Shown here piece by piece: positions 41,702-55,949 of a stretch of DNA of 64,000 nt. Position 1 is the stretch's first letter. Each line of letters starts with the position of its first letter. Below the pieces are notes generated by a model. The model was not told the origin of the DNA, searched no databases, and worked only from the letters and a program-made list of their open reading frames with translations. Source of the stretch: Eledone cirrhosa (taxonomy: Eukaryota); assembly GCA_964016885.1 (NCBI GenBank), contig OZ024740.1, forward strand, positions 83,514,001 through 83,578,000, written 5' to 3'. The position numbers and the translations under genes are program-made.

Positions 41702-41860
41702 ATATTTATTTGGTTCATTTACCGGTTTCGCAGTTCTTCTGCTTTTCAAAAGTAGAGTTGAGATGGAGGGTCTGCGAAAAACCACAGACCCTGCATCTCA
41801 ACTCTACCTTTGAAAAGCAGAAGAACTGCGAAACCGATAGTAAAGGAACCAAATAAATAT
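41702..41860. mobile_element. Fold-back element with decayed minimal hammerheads
   Basis: Palindrome centred near 41780; - arm reads TTGAAAA-gcag aagaa ctgc-GAAA-ccgg-TA. Confidence 0.7.
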
Positions 41861-42034
41861 ATATATATATTTTTAAATAAGACTGCACTTTCATTTTCGA
41901 TATAATCTTTTTTTTTCTCTCTATATATATATAATAATAATAATAAATTTGAAGACTAAAATCCAAAGAGGGCTCGATAAGGATAAATATATATCAAATA
42001 TATAAGAACTGTAGTGCAAATATTTATTAAAATA

Positions 42035-42070
<36 letters not shown>

Positions 42071-42071
<1 letters not shown>

Positions 42072-42797
42072 AAATTAAGATAAATCAAATGAATTTAATC
42101 TAAATCAAAATTATGGGTGTCATGCCAGAACGACGTGCGCCATATCACCCGCAAAATAAACTCTAACATTCTAACGAGTAGGTCCGAGCACTTTATAATA
42201 ACTAGAGATTGATGAACATATAAATAAACATGAATAATCACAGGAGATAATTTTTACAAGTGTGTAACCACACATAGCTAGGTATGTAACTAAATAAAGT
42301 TGACCAGAACTTCAAAAATAGATACCTTATAATATGATTAATCTTCCCTGTATATATTCCATTACAGAAATATATTTCACTAATTAATCAGATGGTAAAC
42401 CACAGAAGTGGAGACTTGGATTTTCAACAAGGAAGAAGTTCCAGCAATCCGTGTTTACACTTCAAGTTCAAATCAGCGACTGGCCAGCACGTGTTGTATT
42501 TACTAGAAATACACACATCATAATAGCTTCGTCCCAGTGGCGTGAATAGGGTTATCGACAACAAGAAACAGCAGTCGAGTCCTTTCAACAGAGTTAGCTC
42601 TACAATTAAGGAGCCGTATTTATATATCTATATCCAAAATTAAGATAAATCAAATGAATTTAATCTAAATCAAAATTATGGGTGTCACGTCAGAAAGACA
42701 TGCGCCATATCACCCGCAAAATAAGCTCTAAGATTCTAACGAGTAGGCCCGAGCACTTTATAATAACTAGAGATTGATTAACATATAAATAAACATG

Positions 42798-42803
<6 letters not shown>
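42071..42803. repeat. About 165-bp direct repeats with a 400-bp spacer, bounded by (TA)n
   Basis: 42071-42238 closely matches 42636-42803. Confidence 0.9.
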
Positions 42804-42851
<48 letters not shown>

Positions 42852-42855
<4 letters not shown>

Positions 42856-42968
42856 CGAAAGAAGTGTGGTAAGGAACTAGAGTACTCAATACCAAGGGTA
42901 GTAGAGTGGGTAATGGGAAAATGTTTAAGACCCCGACGGCAGAGCTCAAGCAGTTTCGACGGCTATTT
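42852..42968 (-). mobile_element. Non-palindromic sibling of 13603-13797
   Basis: Shared agtactcaat..gtagtagagtggg..gacccc..agagctcaagc.gtttcgacggctattt. Confidence 0.75.
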
Positions 42969-43154
42969 ATCAATGCATCAATTGAATTTGTTATATATGC
43001 TGCATCGAAATGATCTGTGTGGACTGTATATTTGATGCCTGTCGATAATATGCCATACGCTGGGCCTTCCCACAATGCAGAACTCAAAAGATATTGTTGA
43101 ATAAAATTATACACATTAACGACGTCTAGATAAATGCTTCGGAGAAAGTGCATC

Positions 43155-43221
43155 ATACGAAGATCGGTTGAAAGGTTCATAGGCTGATCAATATACCCTC
43201 ATTTAATGACCAAATGAGGCT
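43155..43221 (+). mobile_element. Mariner-like transposon terminus
   Basis: TA-CGAAGATCGGTTGAAAGGTTCATAGGCTGA resembles mariner TIRs; no partner end seen. Confidence 0.45.
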
Positions 43222-44325
43222 TATTTTTTAACATAGTCCCTGGAAGAAACAATACAGTTGAAATTAATGCTTGTAAGTTTTCACAACACTAGCATCAATC
43301 CGTCATAGTCAACCTATGACATATGCAACTTAATTTCTATACTATAATTCGATGAAATACAATCTGTCAAAATTTATGAAGAAATATTCTAATATATTAT
43401 TATCTGAATTTTCTAAATAAAAGATTAGAACTTTTCAAAGAATTCAGCTATTTCAAACCAGTTAACATTAGAATGAATTTACTCCATGCCACCTTATTAC
43501 AACCACATTAATATATCAAACATTGTTTCCATAATAATCTATCTAAATATGTCAATATATTCGCTTCATCTTATTCTATAATTTCTTACGAAAACAATAC
43601 AATAATTTTTGTTATCTTCAAAATATTTCTTCAGACAAGTCCAATACTTTAAGTATAATATACCCTACATATTTTCCAGCTTTAAATGATCTTCGTATAA
43701 ACCTCATATATCGCTCATCGAATACTAATTACCCACATCCAAGATTTCCTAGACATCCTTATTGTCATGCTTTTCTTTTATCTGTATGAATAGTTATATT
43801 ATCTGCAATATTAAGAAGGCATCAAAAATGCCATGAATAATTAAGAAGTTAGGAATTATGTTAGATAAATTTGATTACAAACTGATTTATATACACACTT
43901 CTGGTTTAAGGAAACAGTTAATTAACCCTATTACTCTTATATGAAATTATTTTATAGCATATATTAATTTGATACTATTATTAAATACATATTTCCATCC
44001 ACATCTGTGTGTAGATTTGTCTCATACATACATATATCAAACAAATTGTAGTAATTTATGATCTTTATAGATGGCAAGAATAATATATATTGGGATATGG
44101 ATTAATCAATAGAGGTTCCGCAACTTCATTCATTTAGCTTCGAATAAATACATCCATTGTGCTGTCTATAGTCATCGTCGTTTTTTAATCATCTAATATT
44201 ATATATATATACAGCTCTGTAGAGAATGAATATTCAACGACCTAATAAAGTTAATCAAAAATACAAATTTTGCTTTTCTTTGGTGTGATACTCACATAAA
44301 CATTACACGAGTCCTATAACGTATT

Positions 44326-44406
<81 letters not shown>

Positions 44407-44408
44407 TA

Positions 44409-44504
44409 ATAATTGTTTCTACTTTTGGCACAAGGCCAGTGATTATCCCAGTGTATTACTGGTACTTTATTTTATCGACCCCGTAAGGATGAGAGGTAAA
44501 GTTA
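44409..44504 (-). mobile_element. SINE family 1 fragment
   Basis: Homology to the other copies. Confidence 0.8.
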
Positions 44505-47017
44505 AATTAATAATGCACTCCCTACAGCCCCAGGATTACAGACTAACAAAAATCTTGAATTATGATTTATGATACCTATAAATAGTACTGCGAATAGAAT
44601 GGTATTATATACTCTGTGATTACTGTATTCTAAAATAATTAATTCCTCTCGATTTTAAAGTATAATACCGGTTACATGCTTTAAGAGAGATATGTAAATT
44701 TGTTGTAAAAGGAAGCACTTTGTAAAGGTTTCTAGCTTTTAAACATTAATGTTATTTCTTTTGTCATAACATTCATTAATATCTATAAAATAACATGGAC
44801 ATTTCTCATCGGGTGTTAAACAGGATATTGTGACAGCTACGATGACCGTCGTTGCTACTCACTGATTATATTGATTCAAAGATGATGGTGATATGTTAAA
44901 AATTGTTGTTATTATAATTTACCATTAAATATAAAATGTCTGTATCATAATATTGTTTTGATGTTCGTGAAGTTAATGATAATGACGAAGGCGATGGTAA
45001 TGACGATGATCCTAGCCTTAGAGATGATGTTGATGATGGTGGTAGAAATGTTGGTGATGTTGATAATAATGATAATGACGGCAGTGCTTTAGGAGCATCA
45101 TGCAAAAAGATTTCTCATATACTGAGAAACGAATGTTTCAAGTTACTTTAGAATTAATTGGTAATAAATGTATTTCTTGGAATATCTAGGAATAAAAATC
45201 AGGAAATAATATTTGCTGGTTGAATTTATTTTTACGGCATCAATGACTTTGTTTAATATTTCATCGTGGTGTATTACCAATTTAAATCATATAACCAGAT
45301 TTTCAATAAGATAGCATGGCTTATAAATGACACACACCTATTATAATATGTAACTGAAATGTTGGTTTTCCTCAGACGAAATATTGAACAATTATAGTAT
45401 TTAACAGCCGTATGAAAATATTAAGTGATTTGAGCCTAGCAGTTTATTACAAAACCTGGAAATTTATTCCTGAGTTAAAATATTTCTTTTCTCAACAAAA
45501 CTGTATTTATTTTATTTATTTTTTTTTTGTGTTGTAAATATTTTGTATAATACAATTGTAATATGTAGGTCACAAAGGAAATGAAAAAAGAAACTAAATT
45601 GAAATCTTCCTTCTCATCATGAAACGATGAGACTTCGAACAAATCAGAAAATAAATATTTGAAAGCACATTATGCGGATTGACGTGAAAAAACTAATAAA
45701 AAGGTTAATTGTCATTGCTATTTCATTTTTCAGATGCCGAACCTCCTATGTGAACCTGTTATTTTATGTTGATATCATATATGTTTAATTTTCCAACGTA
45801 TACATAGATGAATGAGTAGAATGCTAAAAGAGTAGCTTATACGAAGGACACCAATCACACAACCAAATTATTTTCCGAACATTCAACGAATAACAATGGA
45901 AAATCAATGCATGCTCTACAAATACCCACATTTCAAAACATAGAGTGCGATATATATATATCTTTACTCGCATATTGATAGTAACACGGATACGGTTATG
46001 TGGTTATGTGAAATCTTGATATTACCACAGAAGTCAACTGACCTCACCAAAGTTAATATGTAATTAGAGGAGGAACACGGTGTGAAATATTCAGATATAC
46101 AACAGTTATTGGTTCAGAATCTGATGTGTGTAAAGGGAACGCCAGGATTTGTTTGTTATAAACGTTATCATTATAATATATATTCCCACGTACAAAAAAA
46201 CACTTTTATAGTACATGCTCATTCGATAATTCATCGACACAATAATCATTGTTACATGTGGTTGACCTCAAATGAAATGTTAATTAACTTGGTTGTTGGC
46301 TAAATGAATATTCTCAAAATCAATATGCTTTAACTGTCCGATTTGAAAATAGCAGAATATAGTTAATAATTTAATACTTCGTGTAGAATGATATCTAATA
46401 TTACGTTGAATAAAAGGAGAAGTATAGAAAATGTGTCATGATAATATTTATTTATATATATATGTATGTATATACATTGACAGAAAGTTACTTAAACTAT
46501 AAATATATATTTAAAGAAAAGGTGATTTGCATCAAAACATATGTAAAGAGAGGTTCCTCATCTGTGTTCTTCATTTACGTTCCGACCAAATATAATTTGT
46601 TTAATGTTCACATTTAAAGTGATATAATTTAAAATGTCAAACAGATTTTAAACATTAAAACATTATATCATTTTTTCTGTTAATTATACTGTGATAATAT
46701 TTCTGAAAATGATGTTAGCTCCAACAATTGTCGTCTTTTAACGGCAAAGGATGTGTAAAGTTATGTGTATCTCATCAGAAGGAAAACCAAAGAACTATAT
46801 CTCCTTTTTACTAAATTTCCTGCTTTTGATAAATGTACAAACAACATTAATTTTTATTTATATTTAAATTTGTGGAAAATATTTTTTTTTTTAATTGTTC
46901 TGACATTTAAGAAAATAATTGTTAATAATAACCCATGAACATTGTATCCGGTGTGTTTATTAACGATTTTTTTAAATTCTAAATCTTGTCTTTCGAAATT
47001 AATGTTATTGTGTTAAT

Positions 47018-47072
<55 letters not shown>

Positions 47073-47231
47073 TGGATGTCAAATCATGACAACTGCGCCG
47101 GGGTCAGGATTTTACGTCTCTATACACACACTGCATCAACTGATGCATTGAGTACTCCCATGATTGGTGGTCTCTTCGGTCTCAGCACCGCAGACTATCA
47201 TCACACACACAAACACACACACACACATACA

Positions 47232-47273
<42 letters not shown>

Positions 47274-47278
<5 letters not shown>

Positions 47279-47597
47279 ATAATAATAAATTTGAAGACTA
47301 AAATCCAAAGAGGGAACGATAAGGATAAATATATATCAAATATATAAGAACCGTAGAGCAAATATTTATTAAAATAACAGATTAAAGATTAAGCAAAGAA
47401 TCGCTGCTTTCACCCTTAACGGAATCTTCTGAAACACAGAGTTTCGGAAGATTCCGTTAAGGGTGAAAGCATGAATTATTTGCTTAAACTTTAATCTGTT
47501 ATTTTAATAAATATTTGCTCAACGGTTCTTATATATTTGATATATATTTATCCTTATCGTGCCGTCTTTGGATTTTAGTCTTGAAATTTATTATTAT

Positions 47598-47601
<4 letters not shown>
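47274..47601. mobile_element. Fold-back element with variant-core hammerheads on both strands
   Basis: Centre near 47438. + strand: gttt-CGGAAGA..GAAA-gca..tgc-TT-aaac; - strand core CAGAAGA. The tail also occurs alone at 41930-42037. Confidence 0.85.
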
Positions 47602-47644
<43 letters not shown>

Positions 47645-48313
47645 TATGTCTATATATATATATATACATATATATGTCTATATATATATATAATCATTTT
47701 AACATGTCTTCTTCCAATAATAACGTCATTTTTACTGAAATAAAATAAATAACAAATGTAATTTGCTGTGTAGGTACTCTGCAAAATATTCCGAACATAA
47801 TGTATCATGTGTTTCTCTTACTTCTTTTAAATTTGAATGCATTGATTTCAAAGCAAAATCTTTCCATAATTCCGAAGGTGCTTACTGTTTATGACAGACA
47901 TTATATGGTGTGCTCTGACATGTACGTTAATTTTTACCTATATATATATATATATATATATATACATACATACATATATTACAAAATATGTATTTTGAAC
48001 ATGAGAATTTATACTTTATTTCAACACACTCCATTTTAAGATTCTTTCAGATTATTTCATCAATGAAGTGTGTTCTATATGACTTTAGCATGTTTGTTTT
48101 TCATCATTCTCTTCTTCACAGAATAACGTCTGTTCATAGCATTGTATTGGCAATTAATCTATACATGATGTGTTCAGTGGATGTCGAATGTTTGACATCA
48201 CATCAAGCGAAATGAATCTGCTTACATCAGTCAACACATCTTAAAATCTTAAAATATATGTTCCTTCTGTTGATCACTCTAAATAGAAATGAACATATAT
48301 ATATATATATATA

Positions 48314-48961
48314 TATATTGTTATACTTGTGGAGGGTCATATCGTTGTAATAATATTGCCAGAAATAATAACAGAACACAATCACTGTTTGGTTGGTTTT
48401 CGTTTCTGTATCTTTTATATCTCTATTGTTAATTGATTTGGCCATCAATGTTTATCACAAACTAACCAACGGTCAAAAGTACAGATATAAATACAAATAT
48501 ATAGTCTAACAAAGTTCTTTCGTTGCACATCTGCAACATCATCAGTGGTACTATTATCATTTTTCCCCTGCTGTATTGTATGCATTGTAATGTCTACGGT
48601 ATTTTTAGTTTAAAATAAAAGTAAAAATGGCGTAGACATTACAAATCATACAATACAGCAGGGGAAACATGATAATAGTACCACTGATGATGTTGCAGAT
48701 GTGCAACGAAATGAACTTTGTTAGACTATATATTTGTATTTATATCTGCATTTTTGACCGTTGGTCAGTCAGTGATAATCATTGATGGCTGAATTAATTA
48801 ACTATAGAGATATAAAAGATACAGAAGCGAAAACCAAGCAAACTGTAAGTGTGTTCTATTAGTAGTTCTGACATTATTATTACAACAATTAAAACAATAT
48901 TTGTTCACCAAGTATAACAATATTTGTTTTGACATACGATTTCATATAAAAAACCTTGCAA

Positions 48962-48970
<9 letters not shown>
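48314..48970. mobile_element. Fold-back Penelope pLTR with hammerhead cores on both strands
   Basis: Arms 48344-48598/48631-48886; CTGATGA-t gttgca gatg tgcaac-GAAA at 48684-48711; stem I imperfect; similar to 2021-2140. Confidence 0.8.
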
Positions 48971-49020
<50 letters not shown>

Positions 49021-49024
49021 TATG

Positions 49025-49064
<40 letters not shown>

Positions 49065-49068
49065 TATG

Positions 49069-49120
<52 letters not shown>

Positions 49121-49633
49121 TGATGATGATAATGAACGCTCAAATTATTCATATAAAGTTTGAACCGTATTTTCATTACTTAAAGCCGCAGATATAAGAG
49201 ACAGACGAAGTAAACCAGTTTACATTCATTTCTTATGGTCATATACTGTTATGTAAATTTACAAGAAGACAAAAGAAAAGACATGTCATACTTAATGAAT
49301 TTTCTTAATTTTCATTTCAATTCAAAAAATTAATTGCTGTTCACTGAAGTTCTTTGTAAATGCTACTTTTGTAACATTATTTATCGAGATGTATTGTATT
49401 TTGTTTCTTTCTAATTTATATTTTCAATATTTTGATTATGAGAAATTTGTTTTGTATATTGATGACAATTCATCTAAAATATTGCTTATAAATCATTGTC
49501 TTTAAAACCTAAGGGAATATCGTGGTACACAACGGTATGCCTCTAATGTTACCTGCAATCATTTTAATGCATTTCTAATTATTTCTGTACGGCTTTGCTA
49601 GTTTTGACTTTTTTTAAAAAGCTTACATTGTAT

Positions 49634-49665
<32 letters not shown>

Positions 49666-49680
49666 GTTTTAATATAGATG

Positions 49681-49731
49681 AGATTCTACAGGACAAGAAC
49701 TGTTTCATTCTTTAGAAATCATCAGGAATCT
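49681..49731 (-). ncRNA. Type I hammerhead ribozyme (solo sibling of 35034-35128)
   Basis: agattc-CTGATGA-t ttct aa agaa t-GAAA-cag ttcttgtc ctg-TA-gaatct; perfect 6-bp stem I, GUA site. Confidence 0.8.
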
Positions 49732-49905
49732 GGGTATCAAAAAATAAATATGGTATTTATAGGTCTCTTCAGGTGGTAGGAGAGGGTAGGGAGTGGGATG
49801 GGTAGAGGTCATTGGTTGATAGAAAAGGGAATTCATTAAAAGCTAATTCTTTAAAGCTATAGTTTATATATACATATATATATATATACATATATACCTA
49901 TAGTT

Positions 49906-49937
<32 letters not shown>

Positions 49938-49962
49938 CATACATATATATATATATATATAT

Positions 49963-50208
49963 TTCGTTTCTGAATTTGTTTAGCAAGATTCTTTATCTGA
50001 AAACGTGTGTGGAAACCGATATTGTTATACTTTGGGAGGGTCATGTTGTCAATAAGAAACACACGCACCAGTAACTTTCACTTCAATTTATTATAAATTA
50101 AATTCATAAATTTAAGAATTTATAAATTTCCGGTTGAAATTGACGTGATAGTATCTGGTGCGTGTGTTTCTTATTGGCAACATGACCCTCCCAAAGTATA
50201 ACAATATA
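49963..50208. mobile_element. Fold-back element, same family as 32105-32475
   Basis: Arms 50019-50072/50156-50208, TA-flanked. Confidence 0.75.
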
Positions 50209-50254
50209 TATATACATATATATATATATATACATATATATACATATATATACA

Positions 50255-50323
<69 letters not shown>

Positions 50324-50787
50324 ATATATATGTATGTGTGTGTGTGTGAGTAAAGATATATCTATGTGTGTGTATGTATGTATGTTTTTATGTGTACAAA
50401 TTTACAATATATGTTCTAATGGACGAAGAAAGTATGTCAATATGTTTAATATTTTGTCCCACTTCTGTATTTCTGTACTTCTGTAGTAATAACAAATAAT
50501 ATTTAACTAAGAAAGATGTTAATCTACGGAAACTCATCTATCTATTTAATCATGAATTTAAATCGAATATGCCCTGAGTGACATCTGAAATCTGTTTAAA
50601 TACACACAGAAATATTCTGCTGATGATAATTTGTTCTTGTCCATGTATATTAATTATATCATATTCATTTACTTTTTGCAAGAGATACCTAAACACAACT
50701 AAACTTTTTGATTAAATTCAGTTGCCTCTCTTCTGCCACCTGATGTTACGAAACGGAAAAAATATACCAGTGTATATTTGATACACG

Positions 50788-50871
<84 letters not shown>

Positions 50872-50913
50872 AGCGAAAGAAATATAACGATACTTTATGT
50901 CTCATTATACTAA

Positions 50914-53000
50914 ATTCCAGCCAGTATCTCAAAGAACTCTGTCATCCCATCAGGTGTAATGGCTTGGGCTTTGGTGTTGGTGTAGAGCAGTGATATCAGG
51001 TCCACTATCTTCTTGGTGTTTCCATAAGCCTGTAAGATCTTCATCAGGCAGTGACGGTTCACAGAATCAAAGGCCTTCCTAACGTCAATGAAAACCCTGA
51101 CCGCAGGAAGGCACTTTGCTCTAGCTCCCTCTAATATCCTCCTCAGCACCAGGATGTGACTGGTGCTTAATCTTACCTCGCTGAAGCCGTTCTGGTTGTC
51201 CCTGAACTTCTTCTCCATCTCAGGCTGGATCCTGTTAAGAATCATCCTGTTGAGGGTCTTTGCCACAAGTGGCGTCAGTGAGATCCCCCGTAGTTGTCTG
51301 TGTTAGAAATATCTCCCTTATTTGGCACTGGGACGATGTTACTGATCCTCCACTGATTCGGGGCAACTCCTTTCTCCAGGGCCTGGTTACAGAACCCCAG
51401 GATGATATCATCAAAATCACACCTCTTCATCACCTCTGATGCCACTCCATTTTCTCCATGAGCCTTTCCCTCCTTGATCCTCTTCTTGGCTCTCTGAATC
51501 TCCTCTCTGGTGAAGGGCTCTGTCTCAATATCCAGTTCTTCAAACAGCCGCCTGATCTCCCCAGTGCTCTGGGCTGTGGAGGGTGGCTCTCTTAGTAGGG
51601 TCCTAAAATGGTCTAGCCATTTTCTCTTCCTATTCTCGGGCCCTGTTCCCTGGATCTGACTGGAACACCTTCTCTTCCTCCCTGTGATCTCGTTGATGAT
51701 CTTCCAGCTCTCCTTATATCCAGACCTGTCAACCGCTCTCTCCACACTTCTGATCTTCTCTATCAGTGCCTCCTCTCTGGCCTCAGTGTAAGCGGTACAG
51801 AGTTCTTCCCTCATCACCTCCACAGTCCCCATCCTCTCCTCCGTAGGATCAGCATAGCATTGGTCCTTGGCAGCTTTCAGGTGTTCTCTGGCTGCACACA
51901 CCTTTGGCTCTGCAGAGCTGACGTGTTTCCTTTTGTTCTTTCTCCTAGGCACCAGGGTCTCACTTGCTTCCGCCACTGCATTGGTGAAGTGCCCCTACCT
52001 CCTCGTCACAATCCTCAGTTCATCCAATCTCTCTCTTCTCTGTCTCTCCACACAGAGCACTGAACCTGTTCCTCACTTTTACTGTGAACCTCTCCAGGGA
52101 GATACATTGGCTCCCAACCTTTTTATCATCGTAGTGGACTATTGTATGCGCCTTGCACTGGAGAAACATCTTGACTCTGACTTTACTGTAACAGCGGCTC
52201 AGAGCAGGAGAGTTAAGGTGAAAAGTATATCAGATGCTGAATTTGCCGACGACACAGTTTTGGGGACAAAAACAGTGAAGGAGGCAGAGGATTTGATGCA
52301 GGAGGTTGAGACTGTGTCGATGAGTGTGGGGCTGGGAATGAATGAGACTAAAACAAAATATCTGATAGAGAATGTTGAGAAGCCAGAGGGGATCACTAAT
52401 GTAGCCGGGAAGCCGCTAGAATTGGTTGAGGACTTCTTGTATTTAGGAGCAAAGATTGGGAATACGGATGATGATATGGTTGAGAAGAAGAGCAAAGCCT
52501 GGGCGGCGTGCCACAGCTTGAGGTCGGTATGGAAGTCGAACCTTCGTAAAGACCTGAAAATCCACCTCTTCATTGCTGTAGTGGAGTATGTCCTGCTGTA
52601 CGGGTCTGAGACTTGGCCACTGACCAAGAAACTCACTCAGATGGTGGATGGGTGCTACACAAGAATGCTGAGGATGGCTCTGAACATTAATCAGTATACA
52701 CTGAGGATGAAAAACTTAGAGCTGTATGGGAGCCTCCCAAAAGTCAGCTCAAAAGTGACACATAGGAGACTGAGGTTAGCTGGACATGCGCACCGACATC
52801 CAGAGTTGACATTGCACTCAGTTCTCCTGTGGGAGGCCCTACGTGGACACATTGGAAGATGAAGACCAAAGTTACCGTATGTTGATGCCCTAAGGGCATA
52901 CGCTGGTCTGTTGGAGACGCAGGACATGGCAGCGATAATGAGAGACAGAGACCGCTGGAGAGAACTGGATCTCGGGAATTTTACCCGCCCTAGAATAGAA
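50914..53000. mobile_element. RTE-clade LINE, 5'-truncated with a 5' inversion
   Basis: - segment 50914-52092 (NRFSAL..NQNGF..FIDVRKAFDSV..FEILAG) and + segment 52092-52960 (LQGDTLAP..FADD..FLYLG..LLYGSETW). Confidence 0.88.
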
Positions 53001-55949
53001 AAATATACTAGATTGTTTCAAACAAAATACTGGCTCGATGCCATATTACATCACAGAGATGTGTTGAAATGTAGGGTATTCTTAGACGAATGCTACGTGT
53101 TGAATAATTTTGCTGAGACGTATGCTACGTGATATACAATGTCTATCTAAGAAATGTAATAGTTGGTCATAATCTTTGAAACGCATGAATTATAATTATT
53201 CTATATATATTTACAAACGCAGCTGTTCCAAAGAAGATAGTTTCAAAATAATGTTCCCCAGCTAACACAATCCATTCATAATTAACACTTTTAAACGTCA
53301 TTGTGCATCTTAATTCTTTCCGTGATAGTGAATGAAATTTAAAACTATAGAATGACCGAGCCTGGTGTGGAGACACATATGCAAAATAGGTGTGCTTTTC
53401 GGAGAAATAATATTATGCTACAAAGCTCAGTTGGGCCTAGTACTTATTTTAAATATATCCTATGAACATCATATATAACTTGAAGAATCGTATTGATTAT
53501 GGAAGATGACAAGGACACTGAACATCAGATTTATGATATATAATTCAGAATATTTGAGTGTTATAATTTCTTACCATCTAGGCGCCATAATATATACCAT
53601 GGGGTATCGTTGAAATGTTTGGTAATTTGTAAAGCACTCAAGAATATATTTTCAATAATCCATACGCTACATGACAGCTACGGTAAACTAAATGTTCGAA
53701 ATATTTTGAAAGTTTGAAGTGGAATGCTCTAACTATATGCTTTACAATATTTTACAAATGATAGTTGACGAAATAATACATGATTCCCTTAACTAGGTAA
53801 CATGCAATGACTAAAATATGATATATTGATAGCAAAATATGCAGTAACGTCGAGAGACGGTTTTATGTGGTACGTAATAAAACATATTTCAGAATCTGTT
53901 AGGAACTAAATTATCGCAACAAGATCTAAAGGTAAACATGTATAGTTGTATTAAGAACTGTCATCTTAAACAATAAATTATTTGAATACATGGAATAGTG
54001 TACAGCAAAAACGTATACCTATTGAAATATTTGTGCAGAGAAAGATAATTTATACGCCTCTGAAATACGTTTGTTTCACATATAGATTAATTAATGTGCA
54101 GAAATATAGGTATAAATTCAAAGCGAATTACGAAGTAAACTTATTTACCAATATTCGAAATCTGAAACCGGAAATTTTGAACAATGAGAAAATATAACGG
54201 AGTAGCAATTTAATACTGAAATAGACTTTCTGTTAATAAGGCAATTTTAATATATAAGTTTTTTTTTTATTTACAATGGAATTCTGTTTTATAATACAAA
54301 GGCCATTTAAGATAGGATAATTTCCTAATTATGTAATTTAATTTTGATAACATTGCCCTCGGGAAAATTTGAAGGAAATTATAAATTTTAGATTATGAGT
54401 CTGTTTATGGCATGCACAGTAATGTTTGCGCTACAAGCGTAACACATTTCAACATCCAGTGCTGCTCTGTTCAGGTTTATCAACGCCTCTCTACGGCTGA
54501 AAGGCCAGTCATCAGAATTATTGCATGGGATGTTGGTATATAAATCTATAGTAGATGAATATTACCAACACGTTTATGATTTGGTAGAAATAAACGTGAA
54601 TACATGTAGTTGACGTTTTATAATAGTAGTTTTGCTGAACCTAATCTCTTAGGTTACTTCAGTTTTGCAAATAACACGCGCTTGGGAATGATGGTTGCGA
54701 AACAAAAGCAACACTGTTCAAAACACTTATAATTCCGGTACTCTTGGATATAAGCCAGATGTGATTCAAAGCATTGGGCAAGGAATCTCAGCGAATTTCA
54801 TCATAGTCTATCGAATGGGATGTTTGACCATCCCACTGTGTTGCCAACCACATTGTCATCTGGTGAGTTGGTCCCATACAGCTAGATGAAATGCTGCAGT
54901 TTAAAGCATTGTCTCGAAACGGATGATGCAGAGGAGGTAGAAATATTCACACTGGACTATACAAGTATACCACCTCGTTAGAGATTCCCAGCTGTTTGAT
55001 GCAGCTTGTTCCACTTTCTCGGAGTGATGATATATTAGCCTCACTATTATTAGGCTGTTATCGTTGAAACACGCCCTTTTCATTACCGGCATTTGTAACG
55101 CCTATTATACTCCTGTACACCAGTAGCAGATCCTCCACTAAAAGCTGAATGGTTATTCTTACTTGCATCAAGAATATTTCCAGAATGCAAATGAGTGATA
55201 AGCATAAATTAAAGGATATATGCAAATGTATTACCAAATGTGTATGGAGTTATACATGTTATTACCTACACAAATAATTTTACATATATTCATATTTCGT
55301 ATAACCAATTGTGTCCATACAGTAAATAATAATGTTAAACAGGGTTTATCTCCTGTCGATACAAAATATTTCTTTTCAACCAAACAACAAAGCATTTGAA
55401 ATGTTTCGATTTTCTCTAAGACGAGAGGAAACGAATTTGCGGAGAAAATGTTTGACAGATGTTATAACGGGGATGTACTTGCTGTAATAATCCTTAAGAG
55501 AATTATCTAAAGTAAGATGTAAAATGTTGAAAATGCAGGTTGAAAGCATTTACAGTTTGTAATAATTGATTTTCTACAATTGAACATAATGCTTGAAAAC
55601 ATGATTTTATTATAGACCAGCAAAGGAATCGATGACCATTTCTAATAAATAATATTTAAAATAAAATAAATTCATGACCACTACGGTGGTTGTGTATAAA
55701 AAATATAAGAAATAGCAGAATCATAAACAAAAATAATAGAATGATATACATCCTTGTGTGCTTGTGTGTATTTGTGAGTGGAGCACTATCTCTGTAAGAA
55801 TGACAAGATGAAAATGATATTCAATATGGTGGGTTAAGTGGCTTACCAATGTATACAGTTAATTTACTTGCCCTAGATATCAGGAAGACACTCGGTATAT
55901 ATCAGAAACAATACTGAAGGAAAATATAAAACAATAATAATAAAAATAA

